A DNA stretch of 64,000 bases from Ignavibacteriales bacterium (GTDB lineage: Bacteria > Bacteroidota > Ignavibacteria > UBA10030 > UBA8401), in the NCBI GenBank assembly GCA_016182545.1, contig JACPGG010000032.1, forward strand, positions 8,816-72,815, in the 5' to 3' direction. Under the pieces are notes generated by a model that was given only the letters and a program-made list of their open reading frames with translations, was not told where the DNA came from and ran no database searches. Below, piece by piece: positions 38,765-48,034 of the stretch (its first letter is position 1; every line of letters begins with the position of its first letter). The translations under genes were made by a program, and so were the position numbers.

Positions 38765-40162
38765 TTAATTCTTTCCCTGTCTGATGGCGTCCGCTTTGTC
38801 GTACGCTGCTTTCGCTTTTTCCGCTTCACCGAGATTTGCATACACCTGTCCCAGCAATTCCAGTATTTGCACATCGTTCGGTTTCTCGATCGTCACCTTC
38901 TCCAGATGCGGGATCGCCTCTTTATATTTCGCTTGATACGATTTGTCGTCATCTTTTCCTTCCTTCTTCAAGCGCGCCTGCTCGGCAACCCCCCAGTTGA
39001 CATAGGTTGCTGCCAGGTTATACGTCGCTGAACTGAATTCCGGGTCGATACGGAGGACCTCTTTGAATGCTTTCACTGCACCTTCAAATTTTTCATCCTT
39101 CAAGAGGAAGACACCGAGATTGTATTGGTCGTACTTGCTGTCGGGATATTTTCTCACCCGTTCATCGAGCAGCGCGCGCGCTTCAACATTGCGCTCCGAT
39201 CCGATGAAGGCATTCATCAAATTCTCCGAGATCTCCGGATCATCGGGAAACATGACGCTCCCTTTCTTCAATACGTCGATCGCTTTCGTGTATTCGGCAC
39301 GTGCTTCGAATATTTTCGAAGAATCGATCTTCGGCACGAACGGAGATGTATATTTCACGCTGCTCACAAGGTCGCCTTCAATAACAATCACCAGATTGTA
39401 CGGTGCATACATCCACTCTTCTTTTACAACGATCGCATTTTTTCCTTTTCCTTTTGTCTCTTGTTTGGTGGATGTCGGCTGCCCGATATAGTACTTTACA
39501 TCAGCCGCTTTTATCTTTTCACGCACCAGGTCAAGATTCTTTTTCAATTCGATCGCATCCCGGTTCGCTTCAGTGAATGCAGATTTTGCTCTGTCGGCAG
39601 CCATCATATAAATACCGACCAAAATCTTCAACGCTGTTTCAGATTTACCTTGTTCGAAAGCGACAGTCAACGGTTCAATCGCCGATTGATAGTCTCCTTT
39701 ACGGTAGTACGCAAAACCAAGGCTTTGCTGGTTCATCAAGCTTTCCGGCATCACATACGAAGCCATCGTGAATGTTTCGATCGCTTTGTCAAAATCGGAC
39801 GGTTCTTTTGCATTGTTGATCTCCTCAACACCCCTGTTGTACAGATCTCCCCAGATTTTGAGTTTTGCCAGTTGGGCTTCTTTTTTGAATTTGAGACCGA
39901 GTTTTTCGGCTTCGTCAAACGCGTCTTTTGCTTCCTTCAGTTTTTTTAATTCATACCGCATTCTGCCGAGCATATACCATGCTTCTTCATTCTTCGGATT
40001 CTTCGAGAGCTCTTTCAACAATTGATCTTCGGCATTCTGGTATTCTTTCCGTTGTTCGTACAGTTTCGCGCTGGTCATTTCAGCAGAGGAACATTGAAAA
40101 CCCATCAGTGCAAGCGATGCAGCACCGATGATCAACATTCCCCAAATAATGAGTCTTTTCAT
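38765..40162 (-). CDS. Tetratricopeptide-repeat protein (secreted)
   Basis: Signal peptide plus multiple TPR-like 34-aa repeats (A..Y..G…Y..A.). Confidence 0.65.
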   Translation of the reverse strand: MKRLIIWGMLIIGAASLALMGFQCSSAEMTSAKLYEQRKEYQNAEDQLLKELSKNPKNEEAWYMLGRMRYELKKLKEAKDAFDEAEKLGLKFKKEAQLAKLKIWGDLYNRGVEEINNAKEPSDFDKAIETFTMASYVMPESLMNQQSLGFAYYRKGDYQSAIEPLTVAFEQGKSETALKILVGIYMMAADRAKSAFTEANRDAIELKKNLDLVREKIKAADVKYYIGQPTSTKQETKGKGKNAIVVKEEWMYAPYNLVIVIEGDLVSSVKYTSPFVPKIDSSKIFEARAEYTKAIDVLKKGSVMFPDDPEISENLMNAFIGSERNVEARALLDERVRKYPDSKYDQYNLGVFLLKDEKFEGAVKAFKEVLRIDPEFSSATYNLAATYVNWGVAEQARLKKEGKDDDKSYQAKYKEAIPHLEKVTIEKPNDVQILELLGQVYANLGEAEKAKAAYDKADAIRQGKN

Positions 40163-40292
40163 ACGTACCTCAAATAATATGGTGGGATGATGTCATGATT
40201 TTTTTGGTGAAGAAATATAGAGATTTTTCCCTTTAAATTCTCCACTTCTTTTTCTACTTTTTTACCTCAGTCATCCATATATTGGAACATCC

Positions 40293-40706
40293 ATGAGCAC
40301 ACTATTCACAAAGATCATTAATAGAGAAATTCCCGCGGAAATTCTGTACGAATCCGACAGTGTTATCTCCATTATCGATATCATGCCGATCCACTACGGA
40401 CACGCCTTGATCATTCCGAAAAAAGAATACAAGAATTTCCTTGAAGTCCCCCCTTCCGAGTTGGGCGAACTGATGATGGTGACACAAAAGATCGCTAAGG
40501 CGCTGGTTACGGCGTTCAATCTGGAAGGATTCAATTTCTTCGCGAATAACGGAGAGATCGCCGGGCAATCTATATTCCATTTCCACATCCACGTAACACC
40601 GCGATACAAAGATGACGGCATTTCATTCCATCGGAATTTGAAGAAATACGACGATCCGCAGAAGATGAAAGAAGTCGCCGATAAAATCAGAGCAAACATT
40701 TCGTAA
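40293..40706 (+). CDS. HIT-family (histidine triad) nucleotide hydrolase
   Basis: HIT motif FHFHIHVTP (HxHxHxx) and the N-terminal [17 protein letters not shown]. Confidence 0.8.
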   Translation: MSTLFTKIINREIPAEILYESDSVISIIDIMPIHYGHALIIPKKEYKNFLEVPPSELGELMMVTQKIAKALVTAFNLEGFNFFANNGEIAGQSIFHFHIHVTPRYKDDGISFHRNLKKYDDPQKMKEVADKIRANIS

Positions 40707-40765
40707 TTTACTCACGCAGAACCCATCATAATGGTGGACTTCATTTTTATAACAAAGGAAAAACA

Positions 40766-41901
40766 ATGGCTGAAAAAATCACCAATCTCAACGGAAAACT
40801 CAACGTTCCCGACAATCCGATCATTCCATTCATTGAAGGAGACGGCACAGGACCCGACATCTGGCGCGCATCGGTGCGGGTGATGAATGCGGCGGTCGAG
40901 AAAGCATACGGCGGAAAAAGAAAAATAGAATGGAAAGAAGTCCTCGCCGGACAAAAATCGTTCGACAAATTGAACACCTGGCTCCCCGACGAAACGGTTG
41001 ACGCCTTCAAAGATTATCTTGTCGGCATCAAGGGACCGCTCACCACTCCCGTCGGCGGCGGGATCCGCTCGCTCAATGTTGCATTGCGGCAAATGCTCGA
41101 CCTGTATGTCTGTCTCCGTCCCGTGCAATGGTTCACCGGTGTTCCCTCTCCCGTCAAACATCCGGAAAAGATCGACGTGGTGATCTTCCGCGAGAACACG
41201 GAGGATATTTACGCAGGGATCGAATACAAGGGAGGCTCGCCGGAAGCACAGAAGATTCTCGATTTTATCGCAAAGGAATTCCCGAAAGATTTCGGGAAGA
41301 TCCGTTTCAGCACAAAACAGAAAGCAGAAGATTTCTGGAAGCTCGTCGGCGCGCAGAATTTTCCGAGCGATGTCAATGTCGGGATCGGCATCAAGCCGGT
41401 CAGTTATTCCGGAAGCGTCCGGCTGGTGCACAGCGCGATCAGTTACGCTATTAAATTTAAAAGAAAGAGCGTGACGCTGGTGCATAAAGGAAATATCATG
41501 AAGTTCACCGAAGGTGGATTCCGCGACTGGGGCTACCAGACTGCAAAAGAATATTTCGGCGCGGTGGAAATGGATGGCGGACCGTGGTGCAAAATTCCCG
41601 ACGGCAAACCGGGTGCCGGACTGATCATTAAAGATGCGATCGCCGATATTACATTGCAGCAAGTCCTCACCCGCCCCGAAGATTTTGACGTCGTCGCAAC
41701 ATTGAATCTGAACGGTGACTACCTCTCCGACGCACTCGGCTGCGATATTTGGGATGGGTCGAGGCAGCAGACTTGATCCTGAAAGGATTGAACGGAGCGA
41801 TCGCTGCAAAGACAGTCACATACGACTTTGCACGATTGATGGAAGGTGCGAAGGAAGTGAAATGTTCGCAGTTCGGCGATGCAGTGATTGCGAAGATGTA
41901 A
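40766..41901 (+). pseudogene. icd: NADP-dependent isocitrate dehydrogenase with out-of-frame internal deletion (~49 aa missing)
   Basis: The ORF 40766..41776 matches E. coli-type Icd up to …[11 protein letters not shown], then stops. The +2 frame continues with [53 protein letters not shown] (stop at 41901), which matches the Icd C-terminus. The conserved block between them (…GIAPGANIG…GTAPKYAG…NPGSIILS…), which includes NADP-binding residues, is absent. Confidence 0.8.
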
Positions 41902-41912
41902 GACAATAACAC

Positions 41913-41938
41913 GGTAGGACAGACATTCCTGTCTGTCC
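41913..41938. repeat. Short hairpin repeat GGTAGGACAGACATTCCTGTCTGTCC (family also at 49.08–49.14 kb)
   Basis: Palindromic GGACAGACA…TGTCTGTCC. Near-identical copies occur at 49078–49103 and, reverse-complemented, at 49113–49140. Confidence 0.5.
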
Positions 41939-41944
41939 ATTAAA

Positions 41945-41976
41945 CAAAAAATCCGGGAGCAATCCCGGATTTTTTG
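41945..41976. terminator. Bidirectional rho-independent terminator (AAAAAATCCGGGAGCAATCCCGGATTTTTT) between icd and the convergent cupin gene
   Basis: GC stem ATCCGGGA…TCCCGGAT flanked by an A6 run and a T6 run. Confidence 0.7.
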
Positions 41977-42008
41977 TTGTGTGTACTATGTTCGATTGAA
42001 AGGACTAC

Positions 42009-42419
42009 TTATTCAATATACCGCCAGGGCTTCCCTTTCGTGTGGACTCGAAAGACAAGAATCTTTGCTCCCTTATCGCCGGATATTGCCTGATGTTTCT
42101 TTTTGAAAGGGACATGACCAACTTCGCCGGGCTTACCAACAATGGGTGGTTCACCTTCGATCTTGATTTCAACCTCTCCTTCCATATAGTAATGGAATTC
42201 CTCCCCGGGATGCCAATGACGATCCAACGTTGTATTGGGCGGAATCTCCACCAGATCCATTAATACCTCCCGATCTTTCGTGAACTCCTCCGAGAGCGAC
42301 GCCGTTATCAGATTCTTAAACGAAGGCATCGCCTGACTGTTCGATTCAGCAGGTGTTTTGCTCGAAACCAGTATGAGTGCAAGAATGGTGATCGATCCCA
42401 TGACAAACAGATATCTCAT
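42009..42419 (-). CDS. Cupin-domain protein (secreted)
   Basis: Signal peptide plus cupin motifs HWHPGEEFHYYMEGEV…GEVGHVP. Confidence 0.65.
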   Translation of the reverse strand: MRYLFVMGSITILALILVSSKTPAESNSQAMPSFKNLITASLSEEFTKDREVLMDLVEIPPNTTLDRHWHPGEEFHYYMEGEVEIKIEGEPPIVGKPGEVGHVPFKKKHQAISGDKGAKILVFRVHTKGKPWRYIE

Positions 42420-42595
42420 AACTACCTCCTCTGGTTAATTAGAATGTACTACTAAACGGATCGGACTCCGCCAAATGTGGGCAAGTGTTTGGGAACGTTT
42501 ATTTTTACGAAACCCTGATTCGTGACATGCGAAGTAGAACTTCGATCATTGCCGTCCTCAACTAGATTGTCCGACAGGGCTATATGTAAGCTGGC

Positions 42596-43471
42596 TTATT
42601 TGTTTAATATTTCTAAAATATTTTTTAAGTCATCTCTCTTAAGTTTCAGTTTGTCCGACTCTTCTCTGAAATAATTTCCCATTAAATCTAGTAGGTGTTC
42701 TCTATTTGAATACGCCTGATTAGCTTCGATTATCCGAGGCAGTAATACATTGGTTCTTTCATCAGAAGGGTTTGCTAAACAAAGAGCCTTTAACGGTTTT
42801 AAAAAATGCTCTAAAAGAGTTTGAATATCAGTCCTATTTTGAATTTTAGCCCAATTATGAATGATTAGATTAAACTCTTTAAGAAATGGATCTTTACCAG
42901 GAGATATCTTATTTCGTTTTGCAAAACTTAGTAGATAATCGTGATAACGAACTATTGCATTTGTGTGCTCATTCCAAATATCAATGTATGATTTATGTCT
43001 ACCAATAAACTCGATAAATTGATCTTTAGTAATTTGACTTTGTCTTCCAAAGAACGCTAAAGTCTTTAGAAATAAATTGTACGCCTTAATTCTTTCAGAT
43101 TTATATTTTTTCGAACCATAAACGAAGGATTTATAAATATCTACTGAAGGCAAATTTGTTAAATATCCAGTGTGGTAATTTCCTTCCTGATAAACATAAT
43201 CTTGATACTTTTTTGAAATAATAGAGTCACTCAATTCCTTAAAAGCAATACTTTGTTTTTCTATAGGCTCCAATAGTGTATTTAACTGGACGATTATTAA
43301 CTCTCGTAATTCTTTTTTACTCCTAACTTCTTTTCGATATTCGATAAATCTATTTATTATATATCCAAAAATAAATATCGATATAGTAACTACCGTCGTA
43401 AATATTGCATCATATGATACTCCATAAAATGTTAAATTATCTAGCGGTTGCGTAATAATATTCATTTGCAA
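42596..43471 (-). CDS. Hypothetical single-pass membrane protein in the AT-rich islet (candidate effector/partner of the TIR protein)
   Basis: 291 aa with one N-terminal TM helix (AIFTTVVTISIFIFGYIINRFI) followed by a Lys/Glu-rich helical domain. I recognise no known family. Low G+C like the adjacent TIR gene. Confidence 0.45.
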   Translation of the reverse strand: MQMNIITQPLDNLTFYGVSYDAIFTTVVTISIFIFGYIINRFIEYRKEVRSKKELRELIIVQLNTLLEPIEKQSIAFKELSDSIISKKYQDYVYQEGNYHTGYLTNLPSVDIYKSFVYGSKKYKSERIKAYNLFLKTLAFFGRQSQITKDQFIEFIGRHKSYIDIWNEHTNAIVRYHDYLLSFAKRNKISPGKDPFLKEFNLIIHNWAKIQNRTDIQTLLEHFLKPLKALCLANPSDERTNVLLPRIIEANQAYSNREHLLDLMGNYFREESDKLKLKRDDLKNILEILNK

Positions 43472-43516
43472 TTGACTTATTCTACTTCTCAGTGTATCGT
43501 TGGGAACGATGTAAAA

Positions 43517-44608
43517 TTAAAGTTTTTTCAATATTAGTTCCACAAATTCTTCAGGTGTTGTCTTCCTAAGATCAATATATGATACAGTGCTTGGTAAACC
43601 TGGTACTTCAGAATCATCAAATTTGGCTGGAAGGATATAAACGTCGTTAGTAACTAAAGCCCTTGCTTGTGCGTGTTGTCGTTCGTGAGTAGGCCAAGCT
43701 TTTTTAATGTAATGTTCTGAGACAAACATAACTACAAATCGAGATCTATTACTATAAATATCAGCAAGGTGATCTACAAGATTCTTACCCCATAATGATG
43801 CTTTTTCAAATGAATCATAAAATACTTTTATTCCTTTTGTTTTTAGTATATCTGCACATCGTTCAACATAATCACGATTCTCTCCAGCAAATGAAAAGGA
43901 TACATCATAGTATTCCTTAGTAACATTTTTTTTAGAAATTGTTTTTGGACTTTGAACCTTCGGAGGTACAGATATTACTGAAGATGTTTGTCGATTACGA
44001 ATTGGGATCCCTAACTCTGCTACACTCTTTTCAGTATCTTTAATTTGCTTAATTCTATTATTCAATTGTTCGTCAATAAACCCAACTAGAGTCGTATTGA
44101 ATGATACTATAGAGCCTTGTTGCCAACCAAGATATTCTTTTATTCCAGCAACCTGTTTTTCAAAGTAAGATTTGGTTGCGGTCGCATCTGTTCCTAATAC
44201 GGTTGTTGATATTAGAATCTCATTATCTGATATATCAGCATGCGGAGGATTATAATTAAATTGGCTTGGTTTAGCAAAAAAAAGGTCCTTATCTCCCATG
44301 AATGGTACAAAGTATGTGACCCTTATTCCTGGCAAATAGAATGGTCTTGAACGATCACGTATATATCTGTCTGTATCACCACTAACATCAACCTTCGCTT
44401 CTTCTACAGATGCGCTAACTGCACCTTCAATAAGCTCGATTGGATTTATAGCATACTCGTTGTAAATCTGTTCCGCTATTTGAGCAATTGATTCTGATGA
44501 AACATCCTTTGAGGATAACTTTGCAATTCTTTTCGATACCTTTTCGAATTGAAAATTGATTGCAGAATCTAAGTTGTATTTATGGAAAAGGAAATTATCT
44601 TTTGACAT
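43517..44608 (-). CDS. TIR-domain protein with ~210-aa uncharacterised N-terminal domain (candidate anti-phage defence sensor/NADase)
   Basis: The C-terminal ~150 aa read YDVSFSFAGENRDYVERCADILKTKGIKVFYD…SRFVVMFVSEHYIKKAWPTHERQHA…ILPAKFDD. This is the bacterial TIR pattern (YDVF[IL]S[FY]A…D…flavodoxin-like betaA/alphaA and a WC/WP…E motif). The N-terminal domain is not recognisable. Confidence 0.7.
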   Translation of the reverse strand: MSKDNFLFHKYNLDSAINFQFEKVSKRIAKLSSKDVSSESIAQIAEQIYNEYAINPIELIEGAVSASVEEAKVDVSGDTDRYIRDRSRPFYLPGIRVTYFVPFMGDKDLFFAKPSQFNYNPPHADISDNEILISTTVLGTDATATKSYFEKQVAGIKEYLGWQQGSIVSFNTTLVGFIDEQLNNRIKQIKDTEKSVAELGIPIRNRQTSSVISVPPKVQSPKTISKKNVTKEYYDVSFSFAGENRDYVERCADILKTKGIKVFYDSFEKASLWGKNLVDHLADIYSNRSRFVVMFVSEHYIKKAWPTHERQHAQARALVTNDVYILPAKFDDSEVPGLPSTVSYIDLRKTTPEEFVELILKKL

Positions 44609-44672
44609 TGTATTTTCGGTGAATTACAGATCGTCTAACGATCTGGTACTAAATTGCGGGCAATGTTTATTA

Positions 44673-46010
44673 TCATCTGTAATTCTCAAACGCCGTTACG
44701 CCGTTCTTATCGACAACAGAAATGATGAGAGGCGATGAGGCTGGTTTTGCAGCGCCGACGGAAAATGCATTGGCAACGCGCTGCGCTGTTTTGGCAAGGA
44801 TCTCTTTGTTGTCAGTAAAGATCTCGGCGATCGGCTCTCCCTGTTTCACAGCATCGCCCGCTTTCTTCTTCAGCAGGATCCCCGCTTTCGGATCGATCAC
44901 GTCGTCCACTTTCGTCCGTCCTGCGCCGAGCATGATGCCGGAGAATCCCAACTCCAGCGAATCGATAGAGGTAACAAATCCGGATGCCGGTGCGGTGATT
45001 GTTTCGGAATACTTGGAGCGGGGATACTTTTCAACGTTCTCGAGAAACGAAATATCTCCCCCCTGTCGCTTCACAAGTTCCAAAAATTTCACGTACGCTT
45101 TCCCGTTCTTCACCGCTTCTTTGCAACGTTCGATCCCTTCGGCAAGCGACCCCGCTTTCTTCCCCAGCATCACCATCGCACCGCCGAGCACGCAGGTCAG
45201 TTCCATCACGTCAGGCACACTTCGTCCACGCAAACATTCTACCGATTCGACAACTTCATTCCAATTGCCAATGGCATTGCCGAGCGGTTGATTCATATCG
45301 GTAATAAACCCGACCGTCTCTTTGCCGAACGACGTGCCGATACCGACCAGTGCCTGCGCAAGTTCCACCGATTGTTCGTGCGTCTGCATGAATGCGCCGC
45401 GTCCCGTTTTCACATCCAGCACCAGCGCGTCGATCCCTTCCGCAAGTTTCTTGCTCATAATGCTGCCGGCGATGAGCGGGATGCATTCCACGGTCGATGT
45501 CACATCCCGCAGCGCGTACATTTTCTTGTCGGCGGGGGCGATCTCTTTCGTCTGCCCGATCATCACCAGTCCGAGCTCGGCAATCACGTTCTTGTATTCA
45601 TCGATGGTAAGATTCGTGCGGAATCCGGGGATCGATTCGAGTTTGTCCAACGTGCCGCCGGTATGCCCGAGTCCGCGCCCGCTGATCATCGGCACCGGTA
45701 CGCCGCACGCCGCAACGATCGGCGCAAGCGGCAGCGAAATTTTATCGCCGACCCCCCCGGTGGAATGCTTGTCCACTTTGACGCCGGGGATATGCGAGAG
45801 ATCAATGATATCGCCGGAGTGAAGCATCAGCCGGGTGAATTCTGCGGTCTCTTCCTTGTTCATTCCGCGGAAGAATGTCGCCATGAAAAACGACGAGACC
45901 TGATAGTCGGGGACGGTACCCTCCACATAGCCGTTGATGATGAACTTCATTTCATCGGATGTAAGCGGATGCCCGTCTCTTTTTTTTCGTATGATCTCGT
46001 TTGCGGTCAT
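44673..46010 (-). CDS. pdp: Pyrimidine-nucleoside (thymidine) phosphorylase
   Basis: HSTGGVGDK…SGRGLGHTGGTLDKLE…conserved over the full length; 445 aa. Confidence 0.85.
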   Translation of the reverse strand: MTANEIIRKKRDGHPLTSDEMKFIINGYVEGTVPDYQVSSFFMATFFRGMNKEETAEFTRLMLHSGDIIDLSHIPGVKVDKHSTGGVGDKISLPLAPIVAACGVPVPMISGRGLGHTGGTLDKLESIPGFRTNLTIDEYKNVIAELGLVMIGQTKEIAPADKKMYALRDVTSTVECIPLIAGSIMSKKLAEGIDALVLDVKTGRGAFMQTHEQSVELAQALVGIGTSFGKETVGFITDMNQPLGNAIGNWNEVVESVECLRGRSVPDVMELTCVLGGAMVMLGKKAGSLAEGIERCKEAVKNGKAYVKFLELVKRQGGDISFLENVEKYPRSKYSETITAPASGFVTSIDSLELGFSGIMLGAGRTKVDDVIDPKAGILLKKKAGDAVKQGEPIAEIFTDNKEILAKTAQRVANAFSVGAAKPASSPLIISVVDKNGVTAFENYR

Positions 46011-46082
46011 TGAGTTTCGAGGTTTGAGATTCCCGGTTCGTGTTTCAGATTTCTGGATTCTTCGGTCGTCACCAAAAACGTT

Positions 46083-46207
46083 CCTCCCTCAGAATGACAA
46101 ACTAGAACTCATCTCAAAAATGGATGGTCATTGCGAGGGAGCGTAGCGACCGAAGCAATCCCCGCAGTTTCAGGAGATTGCTTCGCCAAAAAACGGCTCG
46201 CTATGAC
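46083..46207. repeat. GTCATTGCGAGGGAGCGTAGCGACCGAAGCAATCC … GGAGATTGCTTCG…CTCGCTATGAC structured palindromic repeat
   Basis: The two halves are reverse complements (gtcattgcgagg/ctcgctatgac; cgaagcaatcc/ggagattgcttcg). An upstream cctccctcagaatgac is the rc of the gtcattctgagggagg variant. Confidence 0.6.
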
Positions 46208-46235
46208 AATTTTTCATTTTTGAGACCACTTCTAT

Positions 46236-46772
46236 TTATTTTTGCCTTCCCGCACTCATCAAAATCCCCACGATCGTCTTTCCGTCGACGATCTCCTGCC
46301 GTTCGATCATGGCGAGGGCATCGTTCATCGGCACGCGCATCAATTGAATCGATGCTTCTCCTTCTTCCAGCGCCTGCCCTTTACCGGACTGTTGAATATT
46401 CTTTGCTTCAAAGATATGGAGCACTTCGTTGCAAAATCCGGGCGTTGTGTAGATCGCGGTCAATTTCTTCCACTCTGTTGATGCGTACCCTGTCTCTTCC
46501 TGCAACTCACGCTGCGCGCAATGGAGCGGATCCTCCCCTTTGTCCAGTTTTCCGGCGGGAAGTTCGATCACTTCCTTTGCGAACGGATGGCGGTACTGCC
46601 TCACCAGCAGCAGGTCGTTATTCTCAAAGAGAGCAACAACAACCGCGCCGCCGGGATGCTCAATGATCTCGCGGATCGTTTCCGTACCGGAAGGATACTT
46701 CAAACGGTCGACAATCAGGTCGACGATCTTACCGTGATATTTTTTTTCTCGTGCGAGAAGTTCGAAGTGCAT
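46236..46772 (-). CDS. NUDIX hydrolase, ADP-ribose pyrophosphatase-like
   Basis: Nudix box GKLDKGEDPLHCAQRELQEETGY (GX5EX7REUXEEXGU). Confidence 0.75.
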   Translation of the reverse strand: MHFELLAREKKYHGKIVDLIVDRLKYPSGTETIREIIEHPGGAVVVALFENNDLLLVRQYRHPFAKEVIELPAGKLDKGEDPLHCAQRELQEETGYASTEWKKLTAIYTTPGFCNEVLHIFEAKNIQQSGKGQALEEGEASIQLMRVPMNDALAMIERQEIVDGKTIVGILMSAGRQK

Positions 46773-47877
46773 TCTTCGTTTCGAATTTGTGGTGGACTAC
46801 CTGCTGCGGGAACGGGATCTCGATCTTTGCTTTAACCAACTCGTTATAGATGGCGATCCGGAGCGCTTCGGCGGTCACGAACTGCACCTTGAAATCCGGA
46901 ACACGGCAGAAGAGGGAGAAATTCATCGACGAGTCGGCAAGTTTCATCAGGTATGCCTCCGGTGCTGGAGTTCGCAACACATGTGCGTTCGCGCTCGCAG
47001 CGGAGAGCATGATGTGTTTTACCTTTTCGATATCGGAGCCGTAGGCAACGGAGACTTCCACCACCACACGAATTTCGCCGTGCGGGTAGCCGTAGTTGAC
47101 GATGCGTGTCTTCACTAGATCGTTATTCGGAACGATGAGCAGGTTATTGTCGAAGTCGAGTATCTTCGTGCTGCGCAATCCGATCTCGTACACATCTCCA
47201 ATCTCACCTGTCGGTATCTTCACCCTGTCTCCCACGCGGAACGGGCGGTCGATCATGATCACGAAACCGGAGATCATGTTGGAGATCGTATCCTGTGCGG
47301 CAAGTCCCAAAGCAAGCGAGCCGGCACCGAGAATGGTGAGAATGCTGGAGATATTCTGACCGAATTTGTCGAGTACAACGATCGCTGCCACGGCAATGAT
47401 GACGAATGTGGCAACACGGTTCAGCAGCAGCGGCAATGTCTGCCCGAGTTCGTCCTCATTATTCCGTCGTGCTGTTCTGCGGACCGTTTCGGTGATGATC
47501 GTGCGGGTGATCTTCACTACGATCGTTGTAAGGAGGATCGCAGTGATGATATAAAGGACAATGTTGCTGTAATCGATGAAGGAGAGAATACCATCGTTCG
47601 TGGTTCTCAAGCCGAGGCGCAGTTCTTTCATTCCGAGATACAAGCCGAGGATGCCCGAGAGGGCAACGATCCGTTCAAGGAGAATGTCGAGGATGCGGTC
47701 GTCGATCTTATTTGTTGTTTTGGAAATGACCTTTCGTCCTACGGTATTCAGAAGGAACTTGAACAGTTTCCCCGCAAAGAGAGTCGCAATGCCGACCGCA
47801 AGACCAAGCACTGCATGGTACGGCAGTCTGTTGCCGCCGAAGAGTTTCAGTACTTGATCGAAGAATGAGTCGAGCAT
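46729..47877 (-). CDS. mscS: Small-conductance mechanosensitive channel (MscS family)
   Basis: TM helices followed by the MscS beta-domain (GDRVKIPTGEIGDVYEIGLRSTKILDFDNNLLIVPNNDLV). Confidence 0.8.
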   Translation of the reverse strand: MLDSFFDQVLKLFGGNRLPYHAVLGLAVGIATLFAGKLFKFLLNTVGRKVISKTTNKIDDRILDILLERIVALSGILGLYLGMKELRLGLRTTNDGILSFIDYSNIVLYIITAILLTTIVVKITRTIITETVRRTARRNNEDELGQTLPLLLNRVATFVIIAVAAIVVLDKFGQNISSILTILGAGSLALGLAAQDTISNMISGFVIMIDRPFRVGDRVKIPTGEIGDVYEIGLRSTKILDFDNNLLIVPNNDLVKTRIVNYGYPHGEIRVVVEVSVAYGSDIEKVKHIMLSAASANAHVLRTPAPEAYLMKLADSSMNFSLFCRVPDFKVQFVTAEALRIAIYNELVKAKIEIPFPQQVVHHKFETKNALRTSRTRKKISR

Positions 47878-48034
47878 ACGCAATACCAATGAGTGAATTA
47901 CAAATTCCAAGCAACAAAAAATCAAATAACAATTACATCACAATAGCCAATACTCAAACGGCATGTATGATTTTCTCGGATTAAAAATTGGAATATATTT
48001 GTGATTTGGAATTTGGTTCTTGGAATTTCTTCGA

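Noticed and set aside
39125-39949. 274-aa plus-strand ORF antisense to the TPR gene
   Set aside because: Shadow ORF within a well-supported secreted TPR protein gene on the minus strand.
40712-41809. 365-aa minus-strand ORF antisense to icd
   Set aside because: The plus strand is unambiguously icd. The minus ORF has no conserved features.
41715-41909. 64-aa ORF ([17 protein letters not shown]…) at the icd 3' end
   Set aside because: It is in the wrong frame. The genuine Icd C-terminal continuation is in the +2 frame (…[16 protein letters not shown]…AVIAKM*), so this listed ORF is spurious.
42420-42595. Possible tRNA or att site at the edge of the AT-rich islet
   Set aside because: No cloverleaf-compatible acceptor / T-arm sequence and no direct repeat matching the other islet boundary could be found by eye. 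Left as unannotated spacer.
45288-46013. 241-aa plus-strand ORF antisense to pdp
   Set aside because: The plus strand has His/Arg-rich composition typical of antisense of GC-rich coding DNA. pdp on the minus strand is full-length and conserved.
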